Origin: Bryobacterales bacterium
Lineage (GTDB): Bacteria > Acidobacteriota > Terriglobia > Bryobacterales > UBA6623
Direction: 5' to 3'
Length of the DNA stretch: 64,000 nucleotides
NCBI GenBank assembly: GCA_965222095.1
Contig: CBDCTD010000002.1
Span: 332,626-396,625 of the forward strand
The position numbers and the translations under genes were made by a program. This document shows, piece by piece, positions 19,432 to 29,553 of this stretch. The notes under the pieces are model-generated. The model ran no database searches. It was not told the origin of the DNA and worked only from the letters and a program-made list of their open reading frames with translations. Numbering within the stretch: the stretch's first letter is position 1; each line of letters opens with the position of its first letter.

Positions 19432-19517
19432 AAGGTAACAGTGTAGAACGCCGGCCAGCGTCCTGAGCAGATGGCGAATAGGCGCGACCCCGGGGCGCGG
19501 GTTGCGGAGCGTCTGGA

Positions 19518-20168
19518 TCAGACAGCGGGAGGGATGTCGGCGGCGACGGCTCGGTAGGCGGCTTCTTCTAGCTCATCCAGTCCGCCGTTGAAGAAGTGGT
19601 CGGAAGCTTCGATCCAGGTAAGCGTCTTCGGTGAGGCCGCACGGGCGAACACCTGCTCCATCGTGTGTCGAGACCCGTGCTCATCGTTTGTACTGTGGAG
19701 GAAAAACTTGGGGCAGCCGCAGTGCGCGAGAAAGTCCCAGTCGCCGTGATCCACCGGCGTCCCCACCGCTAGGCAGCGGTCGATGCGAGTGTCGCCGCAA
19801 GATACGGCAAGGCCCACTCTCGAGCCGAAAGAAAAGCCGGCGGCGGCAAGTGGCAAGCCGGGATAACGTCCCGCAAGGTAGTCCACAGCCACCCGCAAAT
19901 CGTCTTGCTCGCCGATGCCTTCGCCGTAGGCCCCCGCGCTTTGCCCGACCCCCCGGAAGTTGAAGCGCAGCACGGCCGAGCGCGCCTGCTGCACCCCTTT
20001 GGCCAGCCGGTAGACAACCTTGTTGTGCATGGTCCCGCCATGGAGGGGATGCGGGTGGCAAATGACGACAGCGCGTTCGACGCGAACCGTTTCGTCAGGG
20101 CTTTCGTGAAGAGCTTCCAACCGGCCGGCCGGACCTTCGAGGAATAGTGATTCGATCAGACGGGCCAT
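19518..20168 (-). CDS. Alpha/beta hydrolase (COG2945-like)
   Basis: CHPHPLHGGTMHNKVV, RFNFRGVG, nucleophile elbow GFSFG, C-terminal DHFF. Confidence 0.88.
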   Translation of the reverse strand: MARLIESLFLEGPAGRLEALHESPDETVRVERAVVICHPHPLHGGTMHNKVVYRLAKGVQQARSAVLRFNFRGVGQSAGAYGEGIGEQDDLRVAVDYLAGRYPGLPLAAAGFSFGSRVGLAVSCGDTRIDRCLAVGTPVDHGDWDFLAHCGCPKFFLHSTNDEHGSRHTMEQVFARAASPKTLTWIEASDHFFNGGLDELEEAAYRAVAADIPPAV

Positions 20169-20188
20169 CGGCTGCGGTCACGGGAGCG

Positions 20189-20689
20189 TCAGCTTGAACG
20201 GTAGTTGCTGAACTGCACGTCGATCCCGAAATCGCGCTCTCGCAACGCGGCGATCACTTCTTGCAACTCGTCGCGCTTCTTGCCGCTGACGCGAACCTGG
20301 TCTCCTTGAATGGAAGCCTGGACTTTCAGCTTCATGTTTTTGATGAGTTTGACCATCTCGCGGGCCTTTTCCATCGGGATACCCTGCTGAAGATTGATTT
20401 CGCGCAGTACGGACGATCCCGCCGCCGGCTGCACTTCGCCGTAGTGTAGCCCCTTCAAGGGCACCTTTCGGCGAACGAACTTTTGCTCGAGAATCTCGAG
20501 CACGGAACGCAGGCTGAATGTATCCTGACTGCGGACCACAATGCGGCGGGCATTGGGGTCGAACTCGATCGTACTTTTCGATTGCTTGAGGTCGTAACGC
20601 GTCCGAACTTCCTTTTCCGTCTGATGAATCGCGTTTACGACTTCTTGCAAGTCGATATTCGAAACGATATCGAAGCTGTTAGCCGGCAC
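20189..20689 (-). CDS. yajQ: YajQ family nucleotide/c-di-GMP-binding protein
   Basis: SFDIVS, RYDLK, KVQASIQGDQVRVSGKKRDELQ, QFSNYR. Confidence 0.95.
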   Translation of the reverse strand: MPANSFDIVSNIDLQEVVNAIHQTEKEVRTRYDLKQSKSTIEFDPNARRIVVRSQDTFSLRSVLEILEQKFVRRKVPLKGLHYGEVQPAAGSSVLREINLQQGIPMEKAREMVKLIKNMKLKVQASIQGDQVRVSGKKRDELQEVIAALRERDFGIDVQFSNYRSS

Positions 20690-20869
20690 GGGCTGGCCTC
20701 ATCCGTACAAGGATAGCAACCGGGGCCTCTTGTTGAGCTGGGGGATCGGGGTGGCCAGGGATCTCGAAGATGTCCGATCGATTGACGACTCTCCGCGCGT
20801 TGGAAGACGGCGCGAAGAGCGAACTGTTAAGACTCGAACCGCTAGGGCGAGCCGCCGCGAAAGTCGACG

Positions 20870-21994
20870 CTACTTGCCTTCCTCAGGCGGTTTCGGGGAT
20901 CTTCCCTTGCGGGCGTCGGGTTCGGTATCGAGCTTGCTCGGCCCGGAAATGGTTTCGGCCGTGACCTCGGCGCTCGGCTCGCTTGACGCCGCACCCAGGC
21001 CCGACGTCGGCTTGATACCGGGAGGTGTCGCCGGCTTAAGCGGAGTCATGGCGGGCCGGCCTCGTTTGGCTGCCATCCGTATGTCGGGACGGCCACTAAA
21101 AAGGCCCATGGCTTTCCCAAGCCTTCCCTTCTCGACCTGACGCTCGAGGTTGTACTTCATGAGCTCATACATCTCAGGATCGGGCTCGGGGATAGGGCGA
21201 TTCAGAGCAGCCAGTTTCTGCTTTGCCTCGTCGACCCGAGGGCTGAGCGGATAGTCTCGGACCAGCTTGGAGAAAGTCTCGGCTGTCTGCTCTTCGAACT
21301 GTTGGCCCAACTTTTCGTAGATTGTCCCGAGCAGCCACAGGGCCTCGTCATTTTTGCTGTACAGCGGATAATGGTCGCTCAACGTCTGAAGGCGGCTAAT
21401 ACCAGCTCGGTAGGCGCCCTTAGAGGAGTAGAAGTTTCCAACCCGAAACTCCGCCTCAGCGATTATCTCCTGGACCTCACGAAGCCTCTGCTCCGTATCC
21501 CCAATGAACCTGCTGTTAGGAAACTGCAGCAGCAGGTTCCGGCATTCGTGGTCTGCTTTCACCGCGTGCGTGTTATCGCGGTCAGGCTTTTGCATCTGAT
21601 TGACGTGGATGTCACAGACCTTGAGCTGCGACTCGGCGGCTTCCTCCATGGTCGGGAAAAAGGTGATGAAGTCTTTGTACTCCGCTTCGGCCTGCGCCAG
21701 CGCGTGGCGGGTGCCCTCGCGATACCAACTGTCGGCGATGGCCAGCTTTGCCTTGGCAATGTATTCGCTGTCCGGGTAGGTGTTGATCAATGTCTGGAGC
21801 GTAAGGCGGGCCATCTCGTAGCGTTTCTTCTCGATATCTCTTGTCGACTTGTCGAACAGAATCTTGTCGGGTTGCTGCGAATTGTTCGCGATGGGATTTT
21901 CATACTTGGGGCCGCTGCAACCGGCGAGCCACATGATGGCAAACACAGGGAGCAGGCTCGTTGTCGATATTCGTTTCAGGAAATTGATTTTCAT
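20870..21994 (-). CDS. bamD: Outer membrane protein assembly factor BamD
   Basis: Lipobox LAGC, TPR helices (LINTYPDSEY, AEYKDFITFFP, EFRVGNFY); ATG 21994. Confidence 0.88.
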   Translation of the reverse strand: MKINFLKRISTTSLLPVFAIMWLAGCSGPKYENPIANNSQQPDKILFDKSTRDIEKKRYEMARLTLQTLINTYPDSEYIAKAKLAIADSWYREGTRHALAQAEAEYKDFITFFPTMEEAAESQLKVCDIHVNQMQKPDRDNTHAVKADHECRNLLLQFPNSRFIGDTEQRLREVQEIIAEAEFRVGNFYSSKGAYRAGISRLQTLSDHYPLYSKNDEALWLLGTIYEKLGQQFEEQTAETFSKLVRDYPLSPRVDEAKQKLAALNRPIPEPDPEMYELMKYNLERQVEKGRLGKAMGLFSGRPDIRMAAKRGRPAMTPLKPATPPGIKPTSGLGAASSEPSAEVTAETISGPSKLDTEPDARKGRSPKPPEEGK

Positions 21995-22001
21995 AATCTC
22001 A

Positions 22002-22676
22002 TCACGCTCGCAATAGTTGGGTTTGCTCGGCCGCTTGGCGTAGAGCGTCAAAGGCTTCGACGGAGTCGCGCGCCGCAAAGATCGTAGTCCCGGCGACGAC
22101 GATGTCGCAGCCGGCCTGGACGACCTCGCCCACGTTCTCTAGCGTTATCCCGCCATCGATTTGGATGCGAAACGTCAGATCGCGCTCATGGCGGATGCGG
22201 TCAAGCTGCCGGATCTTCTCAATCGCTAGGGGCAGGAACTTCTGACCACCGAAGCCCGGGTTTACGCTCATCACGAGGACGTAGTCAACAAGATCCAGCA
22301 CATCGTCGAGTGTGTGGACGGGCGTAGCCGGGTTAAGCACAGCTCCCGCCAGGGCGCCTTCGTCGTGAATGAGCTGTAGGCTGCGGTAGAGGTGGGGGCA
22401 AGCTTCCTGATGAACCGAAACCATTTGCGCTCCGGCACGGACAAAATCGGGCGTGTAGCGGTCGGGGTCTTCGATCATCAGGTGACAGTCGAACGTTAGA
22501 TCCGTTGCCAAGCGGAGCGAACGAACAACCGGCACCCCGATGGTGATATTAGGCACAAACCGGCCATCCATGACGTCGATGTGAATCATGGAGGCGCCGG
22601 CATTCTTGACGGCTTGAATCTGTTCGCCCAGCCGAGAGAAGTCGGCCGCCAGGATCGAGGGAGCGATCTCAACCAT
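22002..22676 (-). CDS. rpe: Ribulose-phosphate 3-epimerase
   Basis: IAPSILAADF, HIDVMDGRFVPNIT, DCHLMI, MSVNPGFGGQKF, IDGG. Confidence 0.97.
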   Translation of the reverse strand: MVEIAPSILAADFSRLGEQIQAVKNAGASMIHIDVMDGRFVPNITIGVPVVRSLRLATDLTFDCHLMIEDPDRYTPDFVRAGAQMVSVHQEACPHLYRSLQLIHDEGALAGAVLNPATPVHTLDDVLDLVDYVLVMSVNPGFGGQKFLPLAIEKIRQLDRIRHERDLTFRIQIDGGITLENVGEVVQAGCDIVVAGTTIFAARDSVEAFDALRQAAEQTQLLRA

Positions 22677-22821
22677 ATCGGAAGGCCCGCAAAAGAAGCT
22701 TCATTCTATCACCCCTATCGGTTTACTCCAGGCCGTGTGGCGAGCCCGCACGGCGGTCACCAACGACTCATCTCAGATGGAAAAGTCAGGGCCACAGGCA
22801 ATGGGTCCCTGACCCTTGTTC

Positions 22822-24051
22822 CTACCGTCGCTCTAGCCTGCAGGCAAAGAATCCGTCCCCGGCATCCCGGCCCGGGACTCTTTGTAGATACGCTCCGGAC
22901 CTGAAGCCGGTTTCGGTTTCCAGGACAGCTTCCACCACCGCTTGGTTCTCTTCGGGTTCCAGGGAACAGGTGGCATAGACGAGAACTCCGCCGGGGGCTA
23001 GGGCCGCCAAGGCATTACGGAGGATTCTCTGCTGCTTGTGAGACAGGTCGTCCCGGTCTTTCGGGGTCAGGCGCCACTTGATTTCAGGGTTGCGGGCCAA
23101 CGTGCCGGTCCCCGAGCAGGGGACGTCAACCAGAACGCGATCAAACGTTTGCCGGAGGGGCAGTGAGGTCTCCGCATCAAGCGAAACCAGATTCAAACGC
23201 ACGGTGGCCAGCGCTCGCATCGTTCGCAGCCGATGCAGGTGCAGGTCGGCAGCGACGGCTCGGCCCGAATCGCCGCTTTGCTCGAGCGCTTGACAGGTCT
23301 TTCCACCGGGCGCGGCGCACACGTCAAGGAAGCTGTGGTGGGCTTCGAGATCGAGCAGAGGGGTGACGGTTTGGGAACTGATGTCCTGGATTCGGATGCG
23401 CCCTTGCTGGTAGCACTTGGTGGCCCCGGGCCGACCTCTCCGGACGACTCGGCACCAGGGCACCTCAGTAGCTTCCGTTTCGACCCCCTCAGAGGCAAGC
23501 TGAGCGAGAGTTTCCCCGAGGGGATACCGAGCGTTTAGCCGAAGATAGGTCGGCGGCGGCTGAAGGTTGGCCTTCAAGATCGAAGCGGTGACCTCCGGGC
23601 CATAGATACCCCGCCACCGTTCCGTTATCCAAGCAGGATTGGACAGATCCGTGGAACTGTCGGGGCGATCGGACAGTTTCCGCAGTACTGCATTTACGAG
23701 CCCGGCCGCGGAGCGCTTGCCGGCGCGCTTGACGATCTCCACGCTTTCCGACACTGCCGCCCGGGCGGGAATACGATCCAGAAACCACATCTGGTAGCAG
23801 CCCATGCGGAGAGCGACCCGAACCTCAGGATCGAGTTTGTCCAATCCGCGTTGCGCCGCTTGAGTGAGGAAGTGGTCGATCTCACCTTGCCGTCGCAGAC
23901 AGCCCAAGACGATCTCTGAAACCAGGGCTCGATCACGTTCGGTCAACGAATCGAGAAGCGATGAATGCAGAGCGTCTGTCGAGAAGGCACCCTCCGTCTC
24001 CACCTTCATCAGGACGATGAAGGCTGCGCGGCGAGCCGGCGAAACGCCCAT
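22822..24051 (-). CDS. rsmB: 16S rRNA m5C967 methyltransferase RsmB/Sun
   Basis: NusB-like N-terminus, IQDISSQ, DVCAAPGGKT, DVPCSGTG, YATCS. Confidence 0.92.
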   Translation of the reverse strand: MGVSPARRAAFIVLMKVETEGAFSTDALHSSLLDSLTERDRALVSEIVLGCLRRQGEIDHFLTQAAQRGLDKLDPEVRVALRMGCYQMWFLDRIPARAAVSESVEIVKRAGKRSAAGLVNAVLRKLSDRPDSSTDLSNPAWITERWRGIYGPEVTASILKANLQPPPTYLRLNARYPLGETLAQLASEGVETEATEVPWCRVVRRGRPGATKCYQQGRIRIQDISSQTVTPLLDLEAHHSFLDVCAAPGGKTCQALEQSGDSGRAVAADLHLHRLRTMRALATVRLNLVSLDAETSLPLRQTFDRVLVDVPCSGTGTLARNPEIKWRLTPKDRDDLSHKQQRILRNALAALAPGGVLVYATCSLEPEENQAVVEAVLETETGFRSGAYLQRVPGRDAGDGFFACRLERR

Positions 24052-24216
24052 AGCAGGCTACGATACCAGAGCTGCCATCGGGCGGCTGTGGACGCAGGAA
24101 GACCGGGAGTGGGACGATAGTTCGCGGTATTCGCTCGGTGGCTCTCGTCTTTAGGGGCCGTGCTATAATTCCGCTGGAAAGCGGTCTCGGACCTCGGAAT
24201 CATCGCAGGCAGAAAG

Positions 24217-24633
24217 GTGGCTCAAGAAGTCGAGGTAATCATTGCCAGCGATCCGCGGTGGCTTCGACTCGCGCGCGGCGTCGTCCGCCAGTTTCTCGAG
24301 CAGACGGGATTCGAAGCCACGCAGCGTGAAGAGATTGCCGTCGCAGTGGGTGAAGCCGTCGCCAACGTGATCAGGCACGCCTACCGGGGTGATATTCGCC
24401 AGAAGTTTTCCCTCCTCTGTAAGGAGGGTAACGGCGCGGTCGAGATCGAGCTTCGTGACCAAGGCGAGCCGTTTGATCCTCCTAAGGAGCCGATTTCGCC
24501 ACCCGACGAAACATGTGCGGGAGGACGCGGCATTTTCATGATGCAGGCCATCATGGACGAAGTAGTATACACTCGCCAAGGCGCCACCAATTCTGTTCGA
24601 ATGAAGAAATACCTCCCCGATAAGAACGGCTGA
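24217..24633 (+). CDS. RsbW-like anti-sigma factor / Ser kinase (HATPase_c_2)
   Basis: EAVANVIRHAY, DQGEPFDP, GGRGIFMM. Confidence 0.88.
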   Translation: MAQEVEVIIASDPRWLRLARGVVRQFLEQTGFEATQREEIAVAVGEAVANVIRHAYRGDIRQKFSLLCKEGNGAVEIELRDQGEPFDPPKEPISPPDETCAGGRGIFMMQAIMDEVVYTRQGATNSVRMKKYLPDKNG

Positions 24634-24647
24634 CGAGCAGCGACAAC

Positions 24648-24977
24648 ATGGAAATCAAGGTCAAACGCGAGGGCACTTGTTCTATCGTCTACGTTTCCGG
24701 CGACATCGATCTGCATTCGTCGCCGAAACTGCGGGAAACGGTTCTAGATCTGCTTCAGAAGCGAGGACAGGAGAAGGTCATCCTGAATCTGTCACAGGTC
24801 CAGTATGTAGACAGCTCGGGCATCGCAAGTCTGGTCGAAGGACTGCAAGAGGCCAAGAAGAAGAAGGCGCGCTTTATCCTTGTAGGTCTCAACGAGAGTC
24901 CGCGCCACGTTTTGGAATTGACGAAACTTCTGAACGTGTTCGAAATCGCCTCGAGCGAGGAAGAAGCTGTGGGTTAG
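24648..24977 (+). CDS. STAS domain anti-sigma factor antagonist (RsbV/SpoIIAA-like)
   Basis: GDIDLHSSPKLR, NLSQVQYVDSSGIASL with the phosphorylatable Ser. Confidence 0.9.
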   Translation: MEIKVKREGTCSIVYVSGDIDLHSSPKLRETVLDLLQKRGQEKVILNLSQVQYVDSSGIASLVEGLQEAKKKKARFILVGLNESPRHVLELTKLLNVFEIASSEEEAVG

Positions 24978-25043
24978 AGTGACAGCCCAGCCCCCCGATC
25001 CGCGACGAAATCTCAGCGCGGGTCTACCAAACTCAAAGAGACA

Positions 25044-25841
25044 ATGACGTTTCTTGACGCCGTGGGCCGAGCCACGATCGACAAGGTCGAGTATCTCGGC
25101 GGACTGAGCATTCAGTTTTGGAGGGGCCTTGCGTCTTCTTGGCGCGCCAATCCGATCACCGGAAGCCGGCTGCGTTGGAAGGCGACCGTGCGAACGATGG
25201 CCAATGTGGGCGTGGGCGCGCTGCCCGTGGTGTGCCTGATTGCCGCCTGTACCGGGCTGATCATGGCGCTGCAAGGGGGTGCTGAGCTGCGCCGATTCGG
25301 CGCTCTGCAATTTGTCGTCAATCTGGTGGGCGTGAGCATGACCCGGGAACTGGGCCCGCTCATGACGGCGATCGTGGTCATCGGGCGCTCGGGATCGGCC
25401 TTCTCGGCTGAAATAGGCACCATGGTGGTGACCGAGGAGGTCGACGCGCTTCGCACCATGGCGCTGGACCCGGTTGAGTTCGTCTTGGTTCCCAAATATC
25501 TCTCGATGATGCTCATGCTGCCGTGTTTAACGATCGCCGCCGACGCATCCGGGATTCTGGCCGGTGGGATCTACACTTACTTCACACTTGACATGGGCCT
25601 GGGCCTATTCCTGCGCGCCACGTCGGAAGTGCTACTGCTAAGGGACATCGTATCCGGGCTCATCAAGAGCATCGCGTTCGGCACGATTATCGTGCATGTG
25701 GGCTGCTTCGAAGGTTTCATGGTTCGTGGAGGGCCGGAAGGGGTCGGTCGAGCGACTACTTCGGCTGTCGTGAAATCGATTTTTCTGGTGATTCTCGCCG
25801 ACTTACTGTTCACCGGGTTCTTCTACTTCTTCTGGAGATGA
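25044..25841 (+). CDS. mlaE: MlaE family lipid ABC transporter permease
   Basis: RELGPLMTAIVVIGRSGSAFSAEIGTM, EEVDALRTM, GVGRATTSAVV. Confidence 0.93.
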   Translation: MTFLDAVGRATIDKVEYLGGLSIQFWRGLASSWRANPITGSRLRWKATVRTMANVGVGALPVVCLIAACTGLIMALQGGAELRRFGALQFVVNLVGVSMTRELGPLMTAIVVIGRSGSAFSAEIGTMVVTEEVDALRTMALDPVEFVLVPKYLSMMLMLPCLTIAADASGILAGGIYTYFTLDMGLGLFLRATSEVLLLRDIVSGLIKSIAFGTIIVHVGCFEGFMVRGGPEGVGRATTSAVVKSIFLVILADLLFTGFFYFFWR

Positions 25842-26674
25842 GCGCAGCACCAGACCCTACGGCGATGTCGGGCGAGCAGGCTCCGGAGCGGGAGCGCATA
25901 ATCTCGGTGCAGGACGTCGTGGTTCGGTATGGGGAACACACCGTGCTCGACAGCGTGAATCTTGACGTCTATGCCGGTGAGACAATGGTTATCCTGGGGG
26001 GCAGCGGCGACGGCAAGAGTACGCTCCTCCGCCACATCGAGGCTCTGGAAAAGCCCACTTCGGGACGCATCTTCATCAAGGGAGTCGACATCACTTCGTG
26101 CTCCCGAGCCGAGCTGCGGGAGCTTCGACGCGCGATGGGCATTTCGTTCCAAAGCGCGGCGATGTTTAACTCCATGACGGTCGGTGACAATGTCGCTCTG
26201 CCTCTGCGGGAGCACACGAAGCTCGCTGAGTCGACCATCCGCCTGATGACGCGCATGAAACTCTCCCAAGTGGGGCTCGATGAAGTCGAGGACCTGTTTC
26301 CTTCCCAACTTTCCGGCGGCATGCGCAAGCGAGCCTCCGTAGCCCGGGCGCTTGCCATGGATCCTGAGATTCTGCTGTTCGATGAGCCCTCGGCCGGGTT
26401 GGACCCGATTATTGCCGCCGGCATTGACGAGCTGATCCTGCACCTCAAGCGTGCCTTTAAGATGACGATCGTTGTCGTGACTCATGAGCTCCAGAGCGCC
26501 TTCCTCATTGCCGATCGGATCTGCATGCTGCACGGCGGCAAGATGATCGCGGTCGGCGAGAAAGAGGAGATTCGCAATAGCCAGCAGGCTCGCATCCGAC
26601 AGTTTCTGGATCGCGTTCCGGATACGATGGGTGAAAACCAGCAAGAATTCTTGAGCCGGTTGACAGAAAACTAG
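25838..26674 (+). CDS. mlaF: MlaF family ABC ATPase
   Basis: Walker A GGSGDGKST, LSGGMRKR, DEPSAGLDP, VTH; ATGA overlap with mlaE. Confidence 0.93.
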   Translation: MSAAPDPTAMSGEQAPERERIISVQDVVVRYGEHTVLDSVNLDVYAGETMVILGGSGDGKSTLLRHIEALEKPTSGRIFIKGVDITSCSRAELRELRRAMGISFQSAAMFNSMTVGDNVALPLREHTKLAESTIRLMTRMKLSQVGLDEVEDLFPSQLSGGMRKRASVARALAMDPEILLFDEPSAGLDPIIAAGIDELILHLKRAFKMTIVVVTHELQSAFLIADRICMLHGGKMIAVGEKEEIRNSQQARIRQFLDRVPDTMGENQQEFLSRLTEN

Positions 26675-26682
26675 AACAAGTC

Positions 26683-27663
26683 ATGAGCAGCGAAGCGAAG
26701 GTCGGAGCGTTTGTTGTTGTATCGCTAATTGTGTTTGTCTACACCTTCATCACGGTTGCCAACAAGCAGCTGGCGGGCGAAAAGGTGCAGTACAAGACCT
26801 ACTTCACGTTCGCGGCCGGTCTCGACCCCGGCACGGCTGTGCGCTTCGGCGGGCTCAAGGCAGGGGTGGTGGAGCGGGTGCGTCCGTGGGAGGAAGATCA
26901 AACCAAGGTTGAGGTCATCTTCGAAGTGCGAGGGGACATCCCAGTAAACGGCGACTCGGTCGCCAAACTTGCCTCACTGAGCGCGCTGGGACAGAACTAC
27001 TTGGAGATTACGACGGGCTCGAGTGAGGCGCCCCGCATCGAGCCGGGAGGGGTCATCCAGTCGGAAGAGGCTGTCACGGTGGACGACATCATGCAAAAGT
27101 TCGGCAACTTGGCGGACACGGCAAGCGATCTGATGGCCGACATGCGTGGAGACATGGCAAGAGTCATCGAACGGGCGGAGGTTCTGTTGAACAACCTCAA
27201 CGAGATCACAGGCGACAAGAACCGCGAGAGCATGGAAAAGTTGCTGCAGAACGCAAACGAAATGATGGCGGAGCAAAGGCCCAAGATCAATCGCATCACC
27301 GATCAAGTGACTGAAATGCTCGTAAAAGCCGACCGGCTAATCGTTGACTTCCAGGCGGTTGCCGAACAGACCAAAACCACCATCGGCAACGCAAACCGTA
27401 CCCTCGACGAAACCCGTGAACCCCTCAAGCGGGACCTCGTGGAGCTGGAGGCAACGCTGAAACAGGCGAGACAAACGCTCGAAGATATTCAAGCGATCGT
27501 GGTTGTGAATGAGGGCAACATCAACGAGACGCTCGAGAACCTTCGGGTCAGCTCGCAAAACCTCAAAGAGATGAGCGACGAATTGAGACAACGCCCCTGG
27601 AGCTTGATCCGCGTCAAGCCCAAACCGGACCGCAAGGTTCCGTTGCCCGCGCCGGGCGGCTAG
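26683..27663 (+). CDS. mlaD: MlaD/MCE family protein with long helical extension
   Basis: MSSEAKVGAFV, TM, MCE domain (GLDPGTAVRFGGLKAGVV, LGQNYLEI), coiled coil ending RPWSLI. Confidence 0.9.
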   Translation: MSSEAKVGAFVVVSLIVFVYTFITVANKQLAGEKVQYKTYFTFAAGLDPGTAVRFGGLKAGVVERVRPWEEDQTKVEVIFEVRGDIPVNGDSVAKLASLSALGQNYLEITTGSSEAPRIEPGGVIQSEEAVTVDDIMQKFGNLADTASDLMADMRGDMARVIERAEVLLNNLNEITGDKNRESMEKLLQNANEMMAEQRPKINRITDQVTEMLVKADRLIVDFQAVAEQTKTTIGNANRTLDETREPLKRDLVELEATLKQARQTLEDIQAIVVVNEGNINETLENLRVSSQNLKEMSDELRQRPWSLIRVKPKPDRKVPLPAPGG

Positions 27664-27739
27664 GTGGAATTTAGTCGGGCTTCGACGTTCGCCGGCCTTG
27701 GTTCAGCGAGGCGTCTCTTACCTTAGTGCTCCTACCCGC

Positions 27740-27763
27740 GGGCGCAATGAATTGCGCCCCTAC
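27740..27763 (-). repeat. GTAG-type REP palindrome
   Basis: Reverse complement reads GTAGGGGCGCAATTCATTGCGCCC; between convergent mlaD and fhs. Confidence 0.7.
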
Positions 27764-27820
27764 TCGAATCAAGCGAAGGGCCGCCGGGCAGCTATCCCGC
27801 CGTGATGCGAGCCGAACTGC

Positions 27821-29503
27821 TCAGAAAAGCCCTTCGATCGAGCCGTCCGGGTCAACCCGCATGCGCTCGGCGGCCGGGGATTTTGGAAGCCCGGGCATCG
27901 TGAGGATGTCCCCTGCGACAGCCACGATGAAACCCGCACCGGCGGAGGGATAGAGATGTTGCACCTTGAGACGAAATCCGCTGGGCGTGCCTAGCCGTGA
28001 AGCTTTATCGGATAGCGAATACTGCGTTTTGGCGATGCAAACCGGTGTGTCAGCTAAACCAAAGGACTCGAGATCGCCAATTTCCCGCTCGGCTGGCGTC
28101 GTGTAGTCCACACCATCAGCACCATAGATCTCGCGGGCAATGACCTCGATCTTCTGCTTGATCGGAAGGGCAGCGCCATAGAGAGGACGAAAGTCGGCTT
28201 TTCCTGAGTCGAGAAGCGCAACCAGGGCTTCGGCAACTTCCAGGCCGCCCTCGCCGCCTTTCTCCCAGACTTCGCAGACGAGTACAGGTACGTTTTCTGC
28301 AGAGCACCCTTCGCGAACCGCCGACACTTCCTCTTCGGTGTCTTCTAGAAAGCGATTAAGGACGACGATCAACGGGACGCCGAATTTCTTGACGTTCTGG
28401 ATGTGTCGCCGCAGGTTGACCGCACCCCGCTCGACGGCCGCCGGGTCCGCGGCTTTGAGTTGAGACCTCTTCACACCGCCATGCGTTTTGAGTGCCCTCA
28501 CCGTTGCGACAAGAATCGCCGCCTGCGGCTGCAAGCCTGCCATGCGGCACTTGATGTTGAAAAACTTCTCCGCCCCTAGGTCGGACCCGAATCCGGCTTC
28601 GGTCAGCACGATGTCCGTCGTCGCCAGCCCCATTCGCGTCGCCAGCACGGAGTTGCATCCGTGGGCGATGTTGCCGAACGGCCCGCAGTGTACGAACGCC
28701 GGGCCGCCCTCGAGAGTCTGAACGAGGTTCGGCATGAGGGCGTCCTTGAGGAGCAAAGTCATGGCGCCGTGGGCTTTAAGATCGCGCGCGGTAACCGGCG
28801 CGTTGCTAAAGGTCGCCCCGAGAACGATGCGCGCCAGCCGCCCTTCCAAATCCTCCAGTCCTTCCGCCAACGCCATGATGGCCATCACCTCGCTGGCCGG
28901 GGTAATCACAAAACGATCCTCGCGCGAGGGTCCGGATCTCAAGCGTCCCAGCCCGGTTACGGCGTGACGCAAAGCGCGATCATTCATGTCGATCGCTCGC
29001 GGCCAGGTGAGATGGCGGGGATCGATCAATAGCGCGTTGCCGCGGTGCAGATGGTTGTCGAGCATGGCCGACAACAGGTTGTGGGCGCAGGTGATGGCAT
29101 GGAAGTCGCCGGTGAAGTGGAGGTTAATGTCCTCCATCGGTAGCACCTGGGAATAGCCCCCTCCGGCCGCCCCTCCTTTTAGACCGAAAACCGGCCCTAA
29201 GCTGGGCTCCCGAATACAAGCTACGGCGTTGTGTCCCAGTCGGCGGAGCGCTTGCGCGACACCGACGGTCACCGTTGACTTCCCTTCGCCTGCTGAGGTG
29301 GGGTTCATTCCGGTGACGAGTACAAGGCGTCCCCGCGGAGGCCTTTGCTCGAGAGCCGCCAACTTGACCTTCGTCTTGTACTCGCCAAAGAGCACCAAGT
29401 CGTCTTGCTCGAGGCCCAGTTCCGCAGCGACATCGCGAATAGGGCGTAGCTTCGCCCGCTGCGCGATCTCGATATCAGGTGGAATGGCGACTTTTTGCGG
29501 CAC
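27821..29503 (-). CDS. fhs: Formate--tetrahydrofolate ligase
   Basis: TSAGEGKST, REPSLGPVFGLKGGAAGGGY, LHFTGDFHAI, CGPFGNIAHG, TEAGFG, AKTQYSLSD. Confidence 0.97.
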   Translation of the reverse strand: MPQKVAIPPDIEIAQRAKLRPIRDVAAELGLEQDDLVLFGEYKTKVKLAALEQRPPRGRLVLVTGMNPTSAGEGKSTVTVGVAQALRRLGHNAVACIREPSLGPVFGLKGGAAGGGYSQVLPMEDINLHFTGDFHAITCAHNLLSAMLDNHLHRGNALLIDPRHLTWPRAIDMNDRALRHAVTGLGRLRSGPSREDRFVITPASEVMAIMALAEGLEDLEGRLARIVLGATFSNAPVTARDLKAHGAMTLLLKDALMPNLVQTLEGGPAFVHCGPFGNIAHGCNSVLATRMGLATTDIVLTEAGFGSDLGAEKFFNIKCRMAGLQPQAAILVATVRALKTHGGVKRSQLKAADPAAVERGAVNLRRHIQNVKKFGVPLIVVLNRFLEDTEEEVSAVREGCSAENVPVLVCEVWEKGGEGGLEVAEALVALLDSGKADFRPLYGAALPIKQKIEVIAREIYGADGVDYTTPAEREIGDLESFGLADTPVCIAKTQYSLSDKASRLGTPSGFRLKVQHLYPSAGAGFIVAVAGDILTMPGLPKSPAAERMRVDPDGSIEGLF

Positions 29504-29553
29504 GCTGAGTGGTTCCTTGGTGATCGCTAGGCCGGCTGTCGGGGGAAAAGTCG

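Noticed and set aside
25838-26674. Asp in the MlaF Walker A (GGSGDGKST) as an inactivating change
   Set aside because: It still fits GxxGxGK[ST], and the signature, Walker B and H-loop are intact.
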